NCBI GenBank assembly: GCA_020725055.1
Contig: DYFS01000003.1
Location: forward strand, 1-58,306
Length of the DNA: 58,306 nucleotides
Reading direction: 5' to 3'
Origin: Candidatus Hadarchaeum sp.
GTDB lineage: Archaea > Hadarchaeota > Hadarchaeia > Hadarchaeales > Hadarchaeaceae
This document shows positions 9,942-20,295 of the stretch, one piece after another. The position numbers were made by a program, and so were the translations under genes. The notes under the pieces are model-generated. The model made no database searches and had not been told where the DNA came from. It worked only from the letters and a program-made list of their open reading frames with translations. Each line of letters starts with the position of its first letter. Position 1 is the stretch's first letter.

Positions 9942-10109
9942 CTTTTACCTTTTCCTAAGCTGGCAGGTCTGGAAATCGCAGGATACGCAATCCATTTCAA
10001 TCGGGGGTATTGTTCGCCCTTGACGATGAGCCCAGCCTCCATCAGCTCGAACTCTGCGCAGCCCACTAAAGTAATTTGGGTTCTCGTTGAATGTGAAGCG
10101 GGGGCGGCG

Positions 10110-10523
10110 GTGCGGCTGATACACACCATCGGCTACGGCAATCGGGAGTTCTTAGATTTCGTCACGCTGTTGAAGCGTTTAGGGGTTGAACTCGTCATCG
10201 ATGTCCGGCGCTTTCCGACGTCGAAGTGGCCCGAGTTCGTGAAGGAAAACCTTGAGGCGGCGCTTCCGGCTGAGGGGGTCGTGTACGTCCACTTGCGCGA
10301 GCTCGGGGGCTATCGCGGGGGGTACGAGGCTTACACCCGGACCCGAGAGTTCAAGCTGGCGTTAGGGAAGCTGATGAGGCTAGCGTGCGAGAAGCCAGCA
10401 GTGATTATGTGCGTCGAATCCAGCCCCAGCGCATGCCATCGACGCTTCATAGCGGCGCAGCTGAAGCAGCGGGGGTGGAGGGTCGTGCACATCGTTGGTA
10501 AGGGAGGGGTGCAGGAGCTATGA
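10110..10523 (+). CDS. DUF488 family protein
   Basis: RLIHTIGYGNR...LVIDVRRFPTSKW...C..ESSPSACHRRFIA is typical of DUF488. The GTG at 10110 gives the canonical N-terminus; the ORF track extends upstream to 10020. Confidence 0.75.
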   Translation: MRLIHTIGYGNREFLDFVTLLKRLGVELVIDVRRFPTSKWPEFVKENLEAALPAEGVVYVHLRELGGYRGGYEAYTRTREFKLALGKLMRLACEKPAVIMCVESSPSACHRRFIAAQLKQRGWRVVHIVGKGGVQEL

Positions 10524-10940
10524 TTTCTCCCCTTGCGGCGCTTTTGCTTCTGGTTCCTTTTTCTCGACGAGGATGGCGCTTACGGCACCGACCTGCCCCG
10601 GCCGGCTCGTCACCCGCGCGCGGCCGAGCTCGGTATCGATTATCGCGCCTCTCGTCAGCACGTTGCGGCGCACGAAGTGGGGGTCAGCTAGGTTTTCGAC
10701 AACGGTGAGTATTTTTACCAGCTTGGTTTGCCCAGTCTTTGGGTCGGTCACGTTCGCCACATCGCCCCCGAGGAGCCTAAGTTTTCCGCCCCCGCCCATA
10801 CCCCTGATCTCCGCACGCTTCACCGGGCCGAGCCTAGCTTCGATGAACTCGCTGCCCATCTCGCGTTTCCGCTTTCCCCGCCTGGCCCATATGCGCCCGC
10901 CGCTCGGCTTCCTCAGCGCCCTGCCGTGCCATTTCACCAT
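10518..10940 (-). CDS. rps8e: 30S ribosomal protein S8e
   Basis: N-terminal WHGRALRKPSGGR..RRGKRKRE and a conserved C-terminal block. Confidence 0.9.
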   Translation of the reverse strand: MVKWHGRALRKPSGGRIWARRGKRKREMGSEFIEARLGPVKRAEIRGMGGGGKLRLLGGDVANVTDPKTGQTKLVKILTVVENLADPHFVRRNVLTRGAIIDTELGRARVTSRPGQVGAVSAILVEKKEPEAKAPQGEKS

Positions 10941-11019
10941 TTAATCACTCACTTATCTTTGGAATTCGGGTTAAAAGGGCTATGTGTAGAGGCTCGCGAG
11001 CACATGTGATTTTGCCCAG

Positions 11020-11547
11020 CTACGCTTTGTCGCGCATCTCTTCAAGCCGCTCGCGCACCTCCTCTCGCATCTTTTCCATGTCGTCGGGGAGGCCATAGTA
11101 GCGCGCAAACTTCGTTGTTGGCCTGAGGAGACGCGTGCGGCCGAGGGGTTTCGAATCGACAAAACCCATGACGATGAGCTGCTTGACGTACTCGTAGGTG
11201 CGCCCGCCCCTCAGCGCGACGAGTTTCGCCTGCTGAATCGGCTGGTGGAACGCGATCAGCGCAAGAGTTTTGAGGGCCCCGCGGGAGGGCTTCACCTTGC
11301 GCACGATGCCCTCGAGCCTCGGCATAAGTTCATCACGGAGGTTCAGGGCAAATGTATCTTTGGTTGACTCGGAGAGCACGAGCGCCCCGCCGCGCCTTTC
11401 GTAATCATCTTTGATAGCCTCGATGATTTTGCGCATGTAAGTTTCGGATGGGGTGCCGAGTACCTTGCAGAGTTCACGCAGGGTGAGCGGCCGGTCAGCT
11501 GCATAAAGCGAGGCCTCGATGATTGCGCGATCCTCTTTTACACCCAT
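11020..11547 (-). CDS. scpB: Segregation and condensation protein B
   Basis: IIEASLYAADRPLTLRELCKVLG winged-helix motif. Gene order is scpA-scpB downstream of smc. Confidence 0.85.
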   Translation of the reverse strand: MGVKEDRAIIEASLYAADRPLTLRELCKVLGTPSETYMRKIIEAIKDDYERRGGALVLSESTKDTFALNLRDELMPRLEGIVRKVKPSRGALKTLALIAFHQPIQQAKLVALRGGRTYEYVKQLIVMGFVDSKPLGRTRLLRPTTKFARYYGLPDDMEKMREEVRERLEEMRDKA

Positions 11548-11548
11548 C

Positions 11549-12235
11549 CTACCCCCCAGCCGGCTTTGCTACCGAGATGAAAATTTCACCGAAGGTCCCT
11601 TCCTGCGAAAGAGTCACTTTTTTCTGCGCGTACAAAAACAACAGCAACAGTATCGTCCGCACAACCGCGAGCCTCGTCCGCTCCTCGAGCAGCTCGGAAA
11701 AGGCCACGATGCGGCCGCCATCGGCGAGCTCTGTGATCCGTTGGTAAAGCCGCTCGAGGTACTTCTCGATGTTGATGTCGTACTCGCTCAACGCCTGCAT
11801 GATTTTTTCGAGCCCCCTTCTGGTCACGTGCTTGATACTCGGTGTCTCCCCCAGGGCTTCCTTGAGCACCGCGAGCAGGTCGACCAAGGTTATCCTCCGC
11901 GGTGAGCGCTGGATGAGCGCGATCGGCCCGAGCTCAGGTAGGCCGAGGTCGAAGGCATCCTGGAGCTCCTCCTCGGTAATGCGTGGGCCGTTATCCCCGT
12001 TAATCGCGTAGTCCGATTTCATACGTAGCAGCACAGAAACCGAGAGAATCGTGCGCCCTGAGACGCGAAGGTCTAGCCCCTCCATCTCCTGAACATGCCG
12101 GATGAACATGTCGGCAAGTTTCTCGATGTCGACATCCCAAGGGTCGAGCTTGTGCTCCTGCACCAGCTCAAGCAGGATTTGGAAAGGTTGATCGAGGATC
12201 ACCGTCATCGTTAGCACCTCATGCTGCATATCCAC
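11549..12235 (-). CDS. scpA: Segregation and condensation protein A (kleisin)
   Basis: The N-terminal DPWDVDIEKLADMF motif is typical of ScpA. Its start overlaps the end of smc. Confidence 0.85.
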   Translation of the reverse strand: MDMQHEVLTMTVILDQPFQILLELVQEHKLDPWDVDIEKLADMFIRHVQEMEGLDLRVSGRTILSVSVLLRMKSDYAINGDNGPRITEEELQDAFDLGLPELGPIALIQRSPRRITLVDLLAVLKEALGETPSIKHVTRRGLEKIMQALSEYDINIEKYLERLYQRITELADGGRIVAFSELLEERTRLAVVRTILLLLFLYAQKKVTLSQEGTFGEIFISVAKPAGG

Positions 12236-14480
12236 TTAACTCAACCGACAGCATGCGCGATACCCCTGAGCCATCCATGCTCACGCCGAACAAGCGATCC
12301 GCGGCTGCCATCATCGCATCGTGTAGGGTTATGAGCACTATCTGGGTCTGTTTTGAGGACAGGCGAAGCATCTCGGCCACGCGCTGCCGGTTCTCGGGGT
12401 CGAGGTGGGCATCTATCTCGTCCAAAACATAGAGGGAGGTCGGCTTAGCGCGCTGAATCGCAAAAATGAAGGCGAGTGCGGTCAGGGCCTCTTCGCCACC
12501 AGACATAGCCCCGGTGCGTACGCGCTTACCGGCCGGCTTTGCTTCTATCTCCAGCCCGCCGTCGAGGGGGCGCTCTGGGTTCTCGAGGATGAGCCTCGCC
12601 GTGCCCTCCGGCGATAGCTCGCTGAAGATTTCGCTGAAGTTCTTTGAAATCTGGCTAAAAGTGTTCATAAATATCTCGCCTTTCTTCCGGTCGATGCGGT
12701 CGATGAGGTTAAGGATTGTTTGCTTTTCACTAGTGAGTTTGCTATATTGCGAGTTTTGGGCGTTGAAGCGGCGCTCTGCGGTCCTAAAGTCCCTAACCGC
12801 GCGCGCGTTGATGGGCCCGAGGGCCTTGAGCTCCGCCTCAAGCGCGGATATCTCACTTTCCAATTTAGCCGGGGCGAGGGCCGGTTGGGGTTTTGCATGC
12901 ACCTTAAAGCGCCGGAGCTCTTTTTCAGCGGTTTCGAGCTGGACTTGGAGTCTCCCTTCTTCAACCCGATATCCCTGCACCTCCACCTCGAGCGCTTTCA
13001 GCTCCTCGCCCAATCGCTTCGCCTTTCCTCTCACGCGCCTAGCTTTCCCTTCAAGCCGCTCCCTTTCCTCGCGCGCGAGCTGAATCGATTTCAACATCTC
13101 GCTCTCCCGCCCGGTAACTGATTCCAACGATTTTTTGGTCTCAGAGATTTTCCGCTGGTATTCTTTTAGTCTCTGCCCAAGTTCTAGGCGCTGCCCCTCA
13201 AGAGTCGCGAGACGGGTCCTGAGCTTGGAAGGCGAGATTCCTTGTTTCCCCTCCATTTCAGGCACTTCTAGCACTTGTTTGATGCACGCGTCGAATCCGG
13301 CGACCGTGCGGTGAATTTCGTTAAGTACGCTCCGCAGTTTTCCGAGGATTTCGCCCACCTTGGCCGGTGATTTGACATCCTTGAGATCTTGGAGCAAGGA
13401 GTCGAACTCACCCCTGAGCTTATCAAATTCCGTGGATAGCCGCGCAAACTCCGTCGTAGGATCTCTGCAGGCGCTGATTTTTTCGAGTTCTCCCCGGACG
13501 CCCGTGGCTTCCCTGCACACGCTTTCGTATTCCCTTTTAGCCGCGCCCATGAGTTCGGTTAAGGTACCCATGCGTTCACGTAGACCGCCGACGATCGCGA
13601 TAGCCCCCGAACTTTGGCTCTGCTCGATGAATTTGTTGAACTCCCTGATCTTTCGTTCATGGGTTTGTATCTCCGCATCGACCTGGCCCAGTTTTTCCGA
13701 GAGTTCCCGCATTTGCTCATCGCGGTTTCGGATGCGTTCTCCGGTCTCGGTGAGTTTTCGCTCGAACGTATCCCGTTGAATCTGCAGCAGCATCGCGCGG
13801 GTTTGGTTGAGCCGGGCATCCAACTCTCGGTGGCGCAGAGCGTGGTCGCGCGCCTCACGCAGTTCCTCCATATGTTTCCTGATTTCGTTGAGGACACCAC
13901 TCATCGTTTGTAGGTTAGTCTCGACTTGCTGGAGCTGCGCGAGCGCCTTTTCCTTTTTCTCATCGTACTCCGCCACACCTGCGAGACCATCGATGATTTT
14001 TCTCCTGTCGAGGGTGTCCATCCTTATAAACCGGCCGATGTCCCCCTGCATGATAAAGTTGTACCCCCCGGGGCTTGAAACCGCGGGGGCGAGCATGTCG
14101 ACGATCTCTTGTCTGGAGGCCCGCTTCTTGTTTATCTTGTAGATGCACGTGCCGGAGCGGTTGACTATCCGCGTCACAACCACGGTTTTGGAATCGACGG
14201 GGAGGGCGTTGTTATCGTTGTTGAAGTGAAGCGATACCTCTGCGAAGGGCGCGGGTCTGTGGTCTTTTCCACCGTTGAATAAGAGATCGGAAAATCTCTC
14301 GGCGCGCATCACCTTTGCGCTCATGTCACCCAAAACAAAACGAAAAGCCTCGACGATGTTGCTTTTCCCAGAGCCGTTCGGCCCAACTATTGCAGTCAGA
14401 CCCTGCGCGAGGGGCAAACTCACTTTTGCGTTTCCGAAGGACTTGAAGCCCCGGAGTTCGATTTTGCTAACGTGTACCAC
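12219..14480 (-). CDS. smc: SMC-family ATPase, unusually short (753 aa) and lacking a recognisable hinge
   Basis: Walker A GPNGSGKSN, signature LSGGEEALTALAF, Walker B LYVLDEIDAHLD, with coiled-coil-type sequence in between. It is co-operonic with scpA/scpB. Confidence 0.85.
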   Translation of the reverse strand: MVHVSKIELRGFKSFGNAKVSLPLAQGLTAIVGPNGSGKSNIVEAFRFVLGDMSAKVMRAERFSDLLFNGGKDHRPAPFAEVSLHFNNDNNALPVDSKTVVVTRIVNRSGTCIYKINKKRASRQEIVDMLAPAVSSPGGYNFIMQGDIGRFIRMDTLDRRKIIDGLAGVAEYDEKKEKALAQLQQVETNLQTMSGVLNEIRKHMEELREARDHALRHRELDARLNQTRAMLLQIQRDTFERKLTETGERIRNRDEQMRELSEKLGQVDAEIQTHERKIREFNKFIEQSQSSGAIAIVGGLRERMGTLTELMGAAKREYESVCREATGVRGELEKISACRDPTTEFARLSTEFDKLRGEFDSLLQDLKDVKSPAKVGEILGKLRSVLNEIHRTVAGFDACIKQVLEVPEMEGKQGISPSKLRTRLATLEGQRLELGQRLKEYQRKISETKKSLESVTGRESEMLKSIQLAREERERLEGKARRVRGKAKRLGEELKALEVEVQGYRVEEGRLQVQLETAEKELRRFKVHAKPQPALAPAKLESEISALEAELKALGPINARAVRDFRTAERRFNAQNSQYSKLTSEKQTILNLIDRIDRKKGEIFMNTFSQISKNFSEIFSELSPEGTARLILENPERPLDGGLEIEAKPAGKRVRTGAMSGGEEALTALAFIFAIQRAKPTSLYVLDEIDAHLDPENRQRVAEMLRLSSKQTQIVLITLHDAMMAAADRLFGVSMDGSGVSRMLSVELSGYAA

Positions 14481-14674
14481 TTGTTCTCAACCCTTCCGAT
14501 TCACCCCCCACTCCCCGGTCAGCCCTTTAAAAAATAGTGATTTTTCCAGCTTAAAAATTTTCCGTTTGGCATTTTGGGCAAAAATTTGACTTAAATTTGC
14601 GCAAATTCTGATTTTTTCACCATTTTTCCGGTTATCGAGAAGGCAAACCACGACAAGGCTGAGGTGGAAACGAG

Positions 14675-15721
14675 CTAGATGACTCCCGTCGCCCTCGCCA
14701 GCCGCTCGGCAATGCGCCTGCTCAAACCGTCGCCCAAGATGGTGTAGCGCTGGGGCCTGATGCGGTGTGCGATTGCGAGGGCCTTGATAATGTATCTCGG
14801 GGGAATGCCAAGCTCCTTAGCGTTCGTCGGAGCACCCACGGTTCGGAGGGCGTCGCGGATGGTCCGCCAGTCATCGCCATGGAGGTACATCATCATCACA
14901 GCTCCCACGCCGCACTGCTCGCCGTGCAGCGCGGGCTTCGGGGCTATGAGGTCGAGGGCGTGGCTGAAGAGGTGCTCAGCTCCGCTCGCGGGTCTGCTGC
15001 TCCCCGCTATCGCCATCGCCACCCCGCTGCTTATAAGGGATTTGACCACCTTGCGAACGCTCTCCTCGGTGTGGCGCCTGATGACCCCAGCGTCTTCAAG
15101 CACAAGTTGGGCGCTCATCACCGAAAGTGCGGCGGCGTACTCGCTGTAGGGCTCGTTGCGCAAGCGGTGGGCGAGATCCCAGTCGCGAACTGCGGTGAGG
15201 TTTGCGAGCAGGTCGCCGCATCCAGCAGCGAGGAGGCGGTGCGGGGCGCGCTTGATTATCAGAGTATCAGCGATGACCGCGATCGGGGCTTGGGCCTCAA
15301 TAGACGCTGGCCCCCTCCCGCCCTTTATCGAGGCGCGCGAGGAAGCGATGCCATCGTGCGAGGCCGCGGTCGGCATGCTGACGAACGGCTTACCTTCGCG
15401 GAAAGACGCCATCTTCGCAACATCAACACACCTGCCGCCGCCGACGCCGAGCAGAAAATCAACCCCGGCTTTAACGAGCCTTCGAACCTCCGCTACCGTT
15501 TTCACATCCGCATCTTTAATCAGAGTGTAACTTGCATTAAAACCGGCTTTCTTGAGGGAGAGGCAAACCCCGTTGCCAGCCAGTTTAAACGTCAGCTTAT
15601 CGGAGACCACCAGGGCCCTCCTGCCTAGGCGCAGCCTCGAGCACACGTCTGGAACTTGCAATAGAACGCGCGGGCCCATCCAGACCTCACGTGGCAGCTC
15701 CATCCGCTTCGGTTCTTTCAT
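14675..15721 (-). CDS. egsA: sn-Glycerol-1-phosphate dehydrogenase
   Basis: Iron-type alcohol/glycerol dehydrogenase fold with GVGGGRCVDVAK and a His-rich active site (GAEHLFSHALD, HGEQCG). Typical archaeal EgsA length. Confidence 0.85.
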   Translation of the reverse strand: MKEPKRMELPREVWMGPRVLLQVPDVCSRLRLGRRALVVSDKLTFKLAGNGVCLSLKKAGFNASYTLIKDADVKTVAEVRRLVKAGVDFLLGVGGGRCVDVAKMASFREGKPFVSMPTAASHDGIASSRASIKGGRGPASIEAQAPIAVIADTLIIKRAPHRLLAAGCGDLLANLTAVRDWDLAHRLRNEPYSEYAAALSVMSAQLVLEDAGVIRRHTEESVRKVVKSLISSGVAMAIAGSSRPASGAEHLFSHALDLIAPKPALHGEQCGVGAVMMMYLHGDDWRTIRDALRTVGAPTNAKELGIPPRYIIKALAIAHRIRPQRYTILGDGLSRRIAERLARATGVI

Positions 15722-15884
15722 CTAAATCACCCGAAGAGATCCCTTCTTCAACCGGGGAAGGTATTGGAGCTTTTGATGCTTTAAACTTACTTCCGACGAC
15801 CCGGTTGTCGCGCGCTAAGTTTAAATACACGTGATAGGATTTTCTATTGCTGCTTCTAACGCGGCATTTTCTTGGGGTGCACAC

Positions 15885-16511
15885 ATGGAAAAAACCCAGC
15901 TGAAGTACCTCGAAGGGACGACGACGGTTGGGCTCGCGTGTAAGGATGGCGTGGTGCTGGTCACCGATACGCGCGCGACCGCGGGTTACCTCATAGCGAG
16001 CAAGACCTCGCGGAAGGTGTACGCGATAACCGAGAACATCGGTGCAACCGTTGCCGGCGGCGTGGCGGATACCCAAGACCTCGTGAATATCCTGCGCGCG
16101 GAGGCCCGTTATTTCGGCCTGCGCGAGGGGGCACCAATCGGCGTTCGTGCGGCGGCGCGGCTGACCGCTAACATCCTACACGCGTACCGCTTGTTCCCGT
16201 ACCTGGCAAACCTCCTGGTGGCGGGTGTTGACACGGCTGGGCCACAGGTGTACTTCTTGGACATCGATGGCTCCCTGACTGAAGAAAAAATAGTTTCCAT
16301 GGGCTCCGGGTCGCCGGTGGCGTACGGTGTGCTGGAGAGCGAGTTCAGGGAGGGGATGTCGACTGAAGAGGCGGTGCCGATTGCGGTCAGGGCTCTCAAA
16401 GCCGCGATGAAGCGCGATATCGCGACCGGTAACGAGATCATGGTTGCCACCATAACCAAGGAAGGGTACAAAGAGCTGTCGCCAGCCGAGATTAAAAAGC
16501 TGGCCGGATGA
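15885..16511 (+). CDS. psmB: Proteasome subunit beta
   Basis: Short propeptide followed by the catalytic GTTTVGL motif. The ATG at 15885 is preferred over the 15831 start in the ORF track. Confidence 0.9.
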   Translation: MEKTQLKYLEGTTTVGLACKDGVVLVTDTRATAGYLIASKTSRKVYAITENIGATVAGGVADTQDLVNILRAEARYFGLREGAPIGVRAAARLTANILHAYRLFPYLANLLVAGVDTAGPQVYFLDIDGSLTEEKIVSMGSGSPVAYGVLESEFREGMSTEEAVPIAVRALKAAMKRDIATGNEIMVATITKEGYKELSPAEIKKLAG

Positions 16512-16535
16512 TCATAAATCTTTAGGTTGGTCTGC

Positions 16536-18443
16536 ATGGCTGCAGAGGAACTCCTAACCGAAATCAAGCGCGTGATACGAGAGGAAACGCCATTCGCCAG
16601 CTCGATCTCCGACATAGACTTCGAGGGCCCGAGGGTGGTGCTGTACTGCAAGAACCTCGACTTACTGATGGAAAACGGCGACGTGATAAAAGAGCTGGCC
16701 CACAAAATCCGCAAGCGCATAACTCTTCGTCCGGACCCGTTGATCCTGACCGAGCCAGAGGAGGCCGAGAAAAAAATCAGGGCGCTCGTCCCTCAGGAGG
16801 CAGGGGTAACGGATGTCATCTTCAGCCCGGATGTTGGCGAGGTGGTGATTGAGGCAGAGAAGCCGGGCATAGCGATCGGCAAGGGCGGGGCGTTGCTACG
16901 CGAAATCATGAAAAAAGTTTGCTGGACGCCAAGGGTCATGCGCGTCCCGCCGATTCGCTCGGACATCGTGCGGGGCATCCGCTACTCGATTATCCAGGCG
17001 GGGGCGGAGCGGAGGGACATCCTGCACAAGATCGGCAGGCGCATCCACCGAGAGCCAAAGGCGAAGGGCGACTGGGTGCGGACAGCCATATTCGGGGGCG
17101 CGCGCGAGGTCGGCCGCTCGAGCTTCCTGTTGCAGACGCCCGAAAGCAAGATTTTACTGGACTGCGGGGTGAACGTCGCGTCCGAGGATCGGGCATTTCC
17201 ACACCTCGAGGCGCCGGAGCTCAGGATACCGGAGCTCGACGCTGTCATCATAACCCACGCCCACCTCGACCACATGGGATTCGTCCCGTTCCTATACAAA
17301 TACGGGTTTGAAGGCCCGGTTTACTGCACGCCCTCGACCCGCGATTTAGCGGCGCTCTTACAGCTCGATTACGTTGACGTTGCCGAGCGCGAGGACAAGC
17401 CGCTGCCGTACAATAAAAGGGACATCAAGACCTTCGTCCAGCACACCATCCCGCTCGACTACGGTGATGTCACCGACATATCACCCGATGTCAGGATAAC
17501 TTTCCACAACGCTGGCCACATCTTGGGGTCAGCCATCGTGCACATCCACATCGGTGAGGGGCTTTACAACGTGGTCTACACCGGTGACATAAAATTCGAC
17601 CGGACGCGGCTCTTCTCCCCGGCGGTTTGCACATTCCCGCGCCTGGAAACCCTCATCCTGGAGAGCACCTACGGTGGGGCGGAGGACATCCAGCCCTACC
17701 GTACCGATGCCGAAAAGGAGTTCATCCGCATAATGACGGAGACGGTGAGGCGCGGGGGGAAGGTGATCGTGCCGGTGTTCGCTGTCGGGCGCTCTCAAGA
17801 GATAATGATTCTGCTCGAGGACTGCAGGCGCAGGGGGATTTTCGATGGGGCCACGGTTTACCTCGATGGCATGATATGGGAGGCAACAGCGATTCACACC
17901 ACCTACCCAGAGTATCTGTGCCCCGACCTGCGGGACCTAATCCTCCACCAAGGGGTCAACCCCTTCTTATCGGAGATGTTTGTGCGGGTGGCAAACCCGG
18001 ATCAACGCAAGCAGGCCATCGAGGGTGAGCCTTCTGTGATCCTCGCGACCGCTGGCATGATGACCGGGGGGCCGGTGCTCGAGTATTTCAAGGCGCTGGC
18101 CCCGGATCCGCGCAACAGCTTGGTGTTTGTCGGCTACCAGTCGGAGGGCTCGCTCGGGCGGCGAGTCCAGAAGGGCTGGCGCGAGGTGCCGTTAAGGGGT
18201 GCGGGTGGGCGAGCGGAGGAGGTCAAGGTGAACATGGACATCAGAACCGTCGATGGGTTCAGCGGGCACTCGGACCGCGCCCAGCTGCTCAACTACGTTC
18301 GAAGGGCCACCCCGAAGCCGCAGCGAGTGATATGCTGTCATGGTGAGGACACCAAATGCACTAATCTAGCGAGCGCGGTGCACAAGCTGTTTAAGGTCGA
18401 GACGAGGGCGCCGCATAACTTGGAGGTAATCAGGCTGCGCTAG
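16536..18443 (+). CDS. aCPSF1 (KH-domain / metallo-beta-lactamase / beta-CASP ribonuclease)
   Basis: Two N-terminal KH-like domains (GIAIGKGGALLREI), the HxHxDH motif (THAHLDHMG) and the beta-CASP C-terminal region. About 635 aa. Confidence 0.92.
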   Translation: MAAEELLTEIKRVIREETPFASSISDIDFEGPRVVLYCKNLDLLMENGDVIKELAHKIRKRITLRPDPLILTEPEEAEKKIRALVPQEAGVTDVIFSPDVGEVVIEAEKPGIAIGKGGALLREIMKKVCWTPRVMRVPPIRSDIVRGIRYSIIQAGAERRDILHKIGRRIHREPKAKGDWVRTAIFGGAREVGRSSFLLQTPESKILLDCGVNVASEDRAFPHLEAPELRIPELDAVIITHAHLDHMGFVPFLYKYGFEGPVYCTPSTRDLAALLQLDYVDVAEREDKPLPYNKRDIKTFVQHTIPLDYGDVTDISPDVRITFHNAGHILGSAIVHIHIGEGLYNVVYTGDIKFDRTRLFSPAVCTFPRLETLILESTYGGAEDIQPYRTDAEKEFIRIMTETVRRGGKVIVPVFAVGRSQEIMILLEDCRRRGIFDGATVYLDGMIWEATAIHTTYPEYLCPDLRDLILHQGVNPFLSEMFVRVANPDQRKQAIEGEPSVILATAGMMTGGPVLEYFKALAPDPRNSLVFVGYQSEGSLGRRVQKGWREVPLRGAGGRAEEVKVNMDIRTVDGFSGHSDRAQLLNYVRRATPKPQRVICCHGEDTKCTNLASAVHKLFKVETRAPHNLEVIRLR

Positions 18444-19015
18444 CGCCGCCCAGTTTTCAGCTTCACGACGTCACGCGGTTTGAGCTCACGCTTCTTCGCC
18501 CGCTCGTGGACGACCGCGCTGTTGCCTAGGGGATCCGTGAGGATGAGCCTTGCCCTCAGCTTCCCCTGACGGATGGTTTGGAGCTTTTTGAGGAGGCGCT
18601 CGCCGTGCCCGCGCTTCCCTGGGTCAGCCCCTCGGAGGGCGAGCTCCAACGTGGTTTGAACCCTGTCGAGAACCCCCTCGACGTTTGACACGTAACCCTC
18701 GCTCGCCGGCCCGGGCTCGATCACCACCCCGAGCTCCGGTATCTTTACCGTACCGGTGCTGGATTTGACGACCCTAACCACCATGTCGGCCTCGGACGAG
18801 ATCGTGAACTCATAACGCATGGGCTTCCGCTCGCCCAGGCACATGACGTCGGCATGCCTGAACTTGCACGCGCCGCAGCTCAGCGAGGTGCTCATCACCT
18901 CACCGAAGTACGGGATTTCATCAATCCGCCCCTTGACGTGAAAAGCCCCGGTAGCCCCACAAATCGGGCAGCGCTCGACGGGGAGGGTGAACTCCCGCGG
19001 TTGCATGAGGGGCAC
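18440..19015 (-). CDS. ZPR1-type zinc-finger protein
   Basis: CPICG...(x)...CGACKF zinc ribbon followed by the ZPR1 beta-domain. Confidence 0.7.
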   Translation of the reverse strand: MPLMQPREFTLPVERCPICGATGAFHVKGRIDEIPYFGEVMSTSLSCGACKFRHADVMCLGERKPMRYEFTISSEADMVVRVVKSSTGTVKIPELGVVIEPGPASEGYVSNVEGVLDRVQTTLELALRGADPGKRGHGERLLKKLQTIRQGKLRARLILTDPLGNSAVVHERAKKRELKPRDVVKLKTGRR

Positions 19016-19022
19016 CTAAAAA

Positions 19023-19409
19023 CTAGGTCTCGGCTTCTTTTTTGAATTGGAGGCGCACGAACTTCGGTGTGGCTATCACCTTGGTCTCGGTCAGCCTGCC
19101 GACTTCGCCCCCTATACCCTGGCAGATGCCCTTGAGCTGGTCGATTGCGCGCTTCAGATCAGATGGATCCTGTTCCATGAGGGAAGAAATATCGAGAACC
19201 ACGATGTTCCCAGCCTGCAGCTCGTTCACCACGCCCTGAACGTCGACAAGGCTCTGCAGGTTCATGCTCTTGATGAAGATGGGCTCGATTTCGGAAAGCC
19301 TCTTCGCTTCTGCAGCCGCCTCGACCTCTACGACTGGCACTTCCTTGGCGATTTCCTCCGGTTGGGCGGCTGGTGCTCTTTTCCTGCGGAAAACATCGAG
19401 TACCCCCAC
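19023..19409 (-). CDS. sepF: Cell division protein SepF
   Basis: C-terminal SepF/DUF552 core (LQAGNIVVLDIS...AIDQLKGI...GGEVGRL). Confidence 0.75.
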   Translation of the reverse strand: MGVLDVFRRKRAPAAQPEEIAKEVPVVEVEAAAEAKRLSEIEPIFIKSMNLQSLVDVQGVVNELQAGNIVVLDISSLMEQDPSDLKRAIDQLKGICQGIGGEVGRLTETKVIATPKFVRLQFKKEAET

Positions 19410-19524
19410 TCACACCACCATCGTCAAATGGGCGGTGGCGTTCTTTCTATTTAACCCTTTTCTAAAGCCTAAAGCCAAAGTCTCTCACCAGCACAAGGCC
19501 TACATCAACTCTATGGGCCATCGT

Positions 19525-20007
19525 TTATCCTAAAAGCCCCCATATCCCATCCCCAACATAGTGCAAATTTTTGACAGCTCGCCCCTTCGGCCCCACCATG
19601 GCAGCGCCCTCGACTAGCGCCGAGCCGATGGCGAGCGCTTTACCATGGCGTCCGTCGACGACTACCACGCATTCTCCGTTTGAAATGCCTTCATCGGTCG
19701 ACACGATCCCCGGAGCCATGATATCCGCACCGCCAGCTATGTGGGGTACAGCCCCCATGTCGACGATTACTCGTTTAAGCGGGATTCTTTCGATTGAGAA
19801 GAGGGTGGGAAACATGCCATCCGATGTCCTAAATGCCATCGGTTTTTTATTCACGAGCAAGACTTCGCGACCATCTTGGAGCTCGACAATTTCGATGATT
19901 CCCTCAAGGAGTTCTCCGGCCACGCTGCCGAATTTTTTCACAAGCTCATCACGCATTTGCTTGACCAGCGCTTTTCGCGGGGGGAATCTTCGTTTGATTG
20001 GCATCAA
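19525..20007 (-). CDS. PUA-domain RNA-binding protein (MCT-1/Tma20-like)
   Basis: C-terminal PUA motif VDMGAVPHIAGGADIMAPGI...GKALAIG. Confidence 0.75.
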   Translation of the reverse strand: MMPIKRRFPPRKALVKQMRDELVKKFGSVAGELLEGIIEIVELQDGREVLLVNKKPMAFRTSDGMFPTLFSIERIPLKRVIVDMGAVPHIAGGADIMAPGIVSTDEGISNGECVVVVDGRHGKALAIGSALVEGAAMVGPKGRAVKNLHYVGDGIWGLLG

Positions 20008-20063
20008 GCTAAAAGGGGCCAGATACGCTTAAATACGCAGCTATCGAGGAGGTGATGATTTTC

Positions 20064-20291
20064 ATGGCTGCGCAGCGACCTCTCGACGTGTTGAACCGCG
20101 CCCTTGGATCCTCGGTGCTCGTGAGTCTCAAGGGGGGCAAGGAGTTTCGGGGCAAACTGAGCGGTTTCGACGTGCACGTCAACCTGGTGCTCGAAGAGGC
20201 AGAGGAGATCCAGGGCGGGCAAACGGCAAGGCGATATGGCACGATGATCATCCGCGGCGATAACGTCGTCTTCATCTCCCCGGCTGGGTGA
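20064..20291 (+). CDS. Sm-like archaeal protein (LSm/SmAP)
   Basis: Sm1/Sm2 motifs ([31 protein letters not shown] ... [12 protein letters not shown]). GGAGGTGAT lies upstream of the ATG at 20064. Classic LSm-L37e gene pair. Confidence 0.9.
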   Translation: MAAQRPLDVLNRALGSSVLVSLKGGKEFRGKLSGFDVHVNLVLEEAEEIQGGQTARRYGTMIIRGDNVVFISPAG

Positions 20292-20295
20292 TCGT

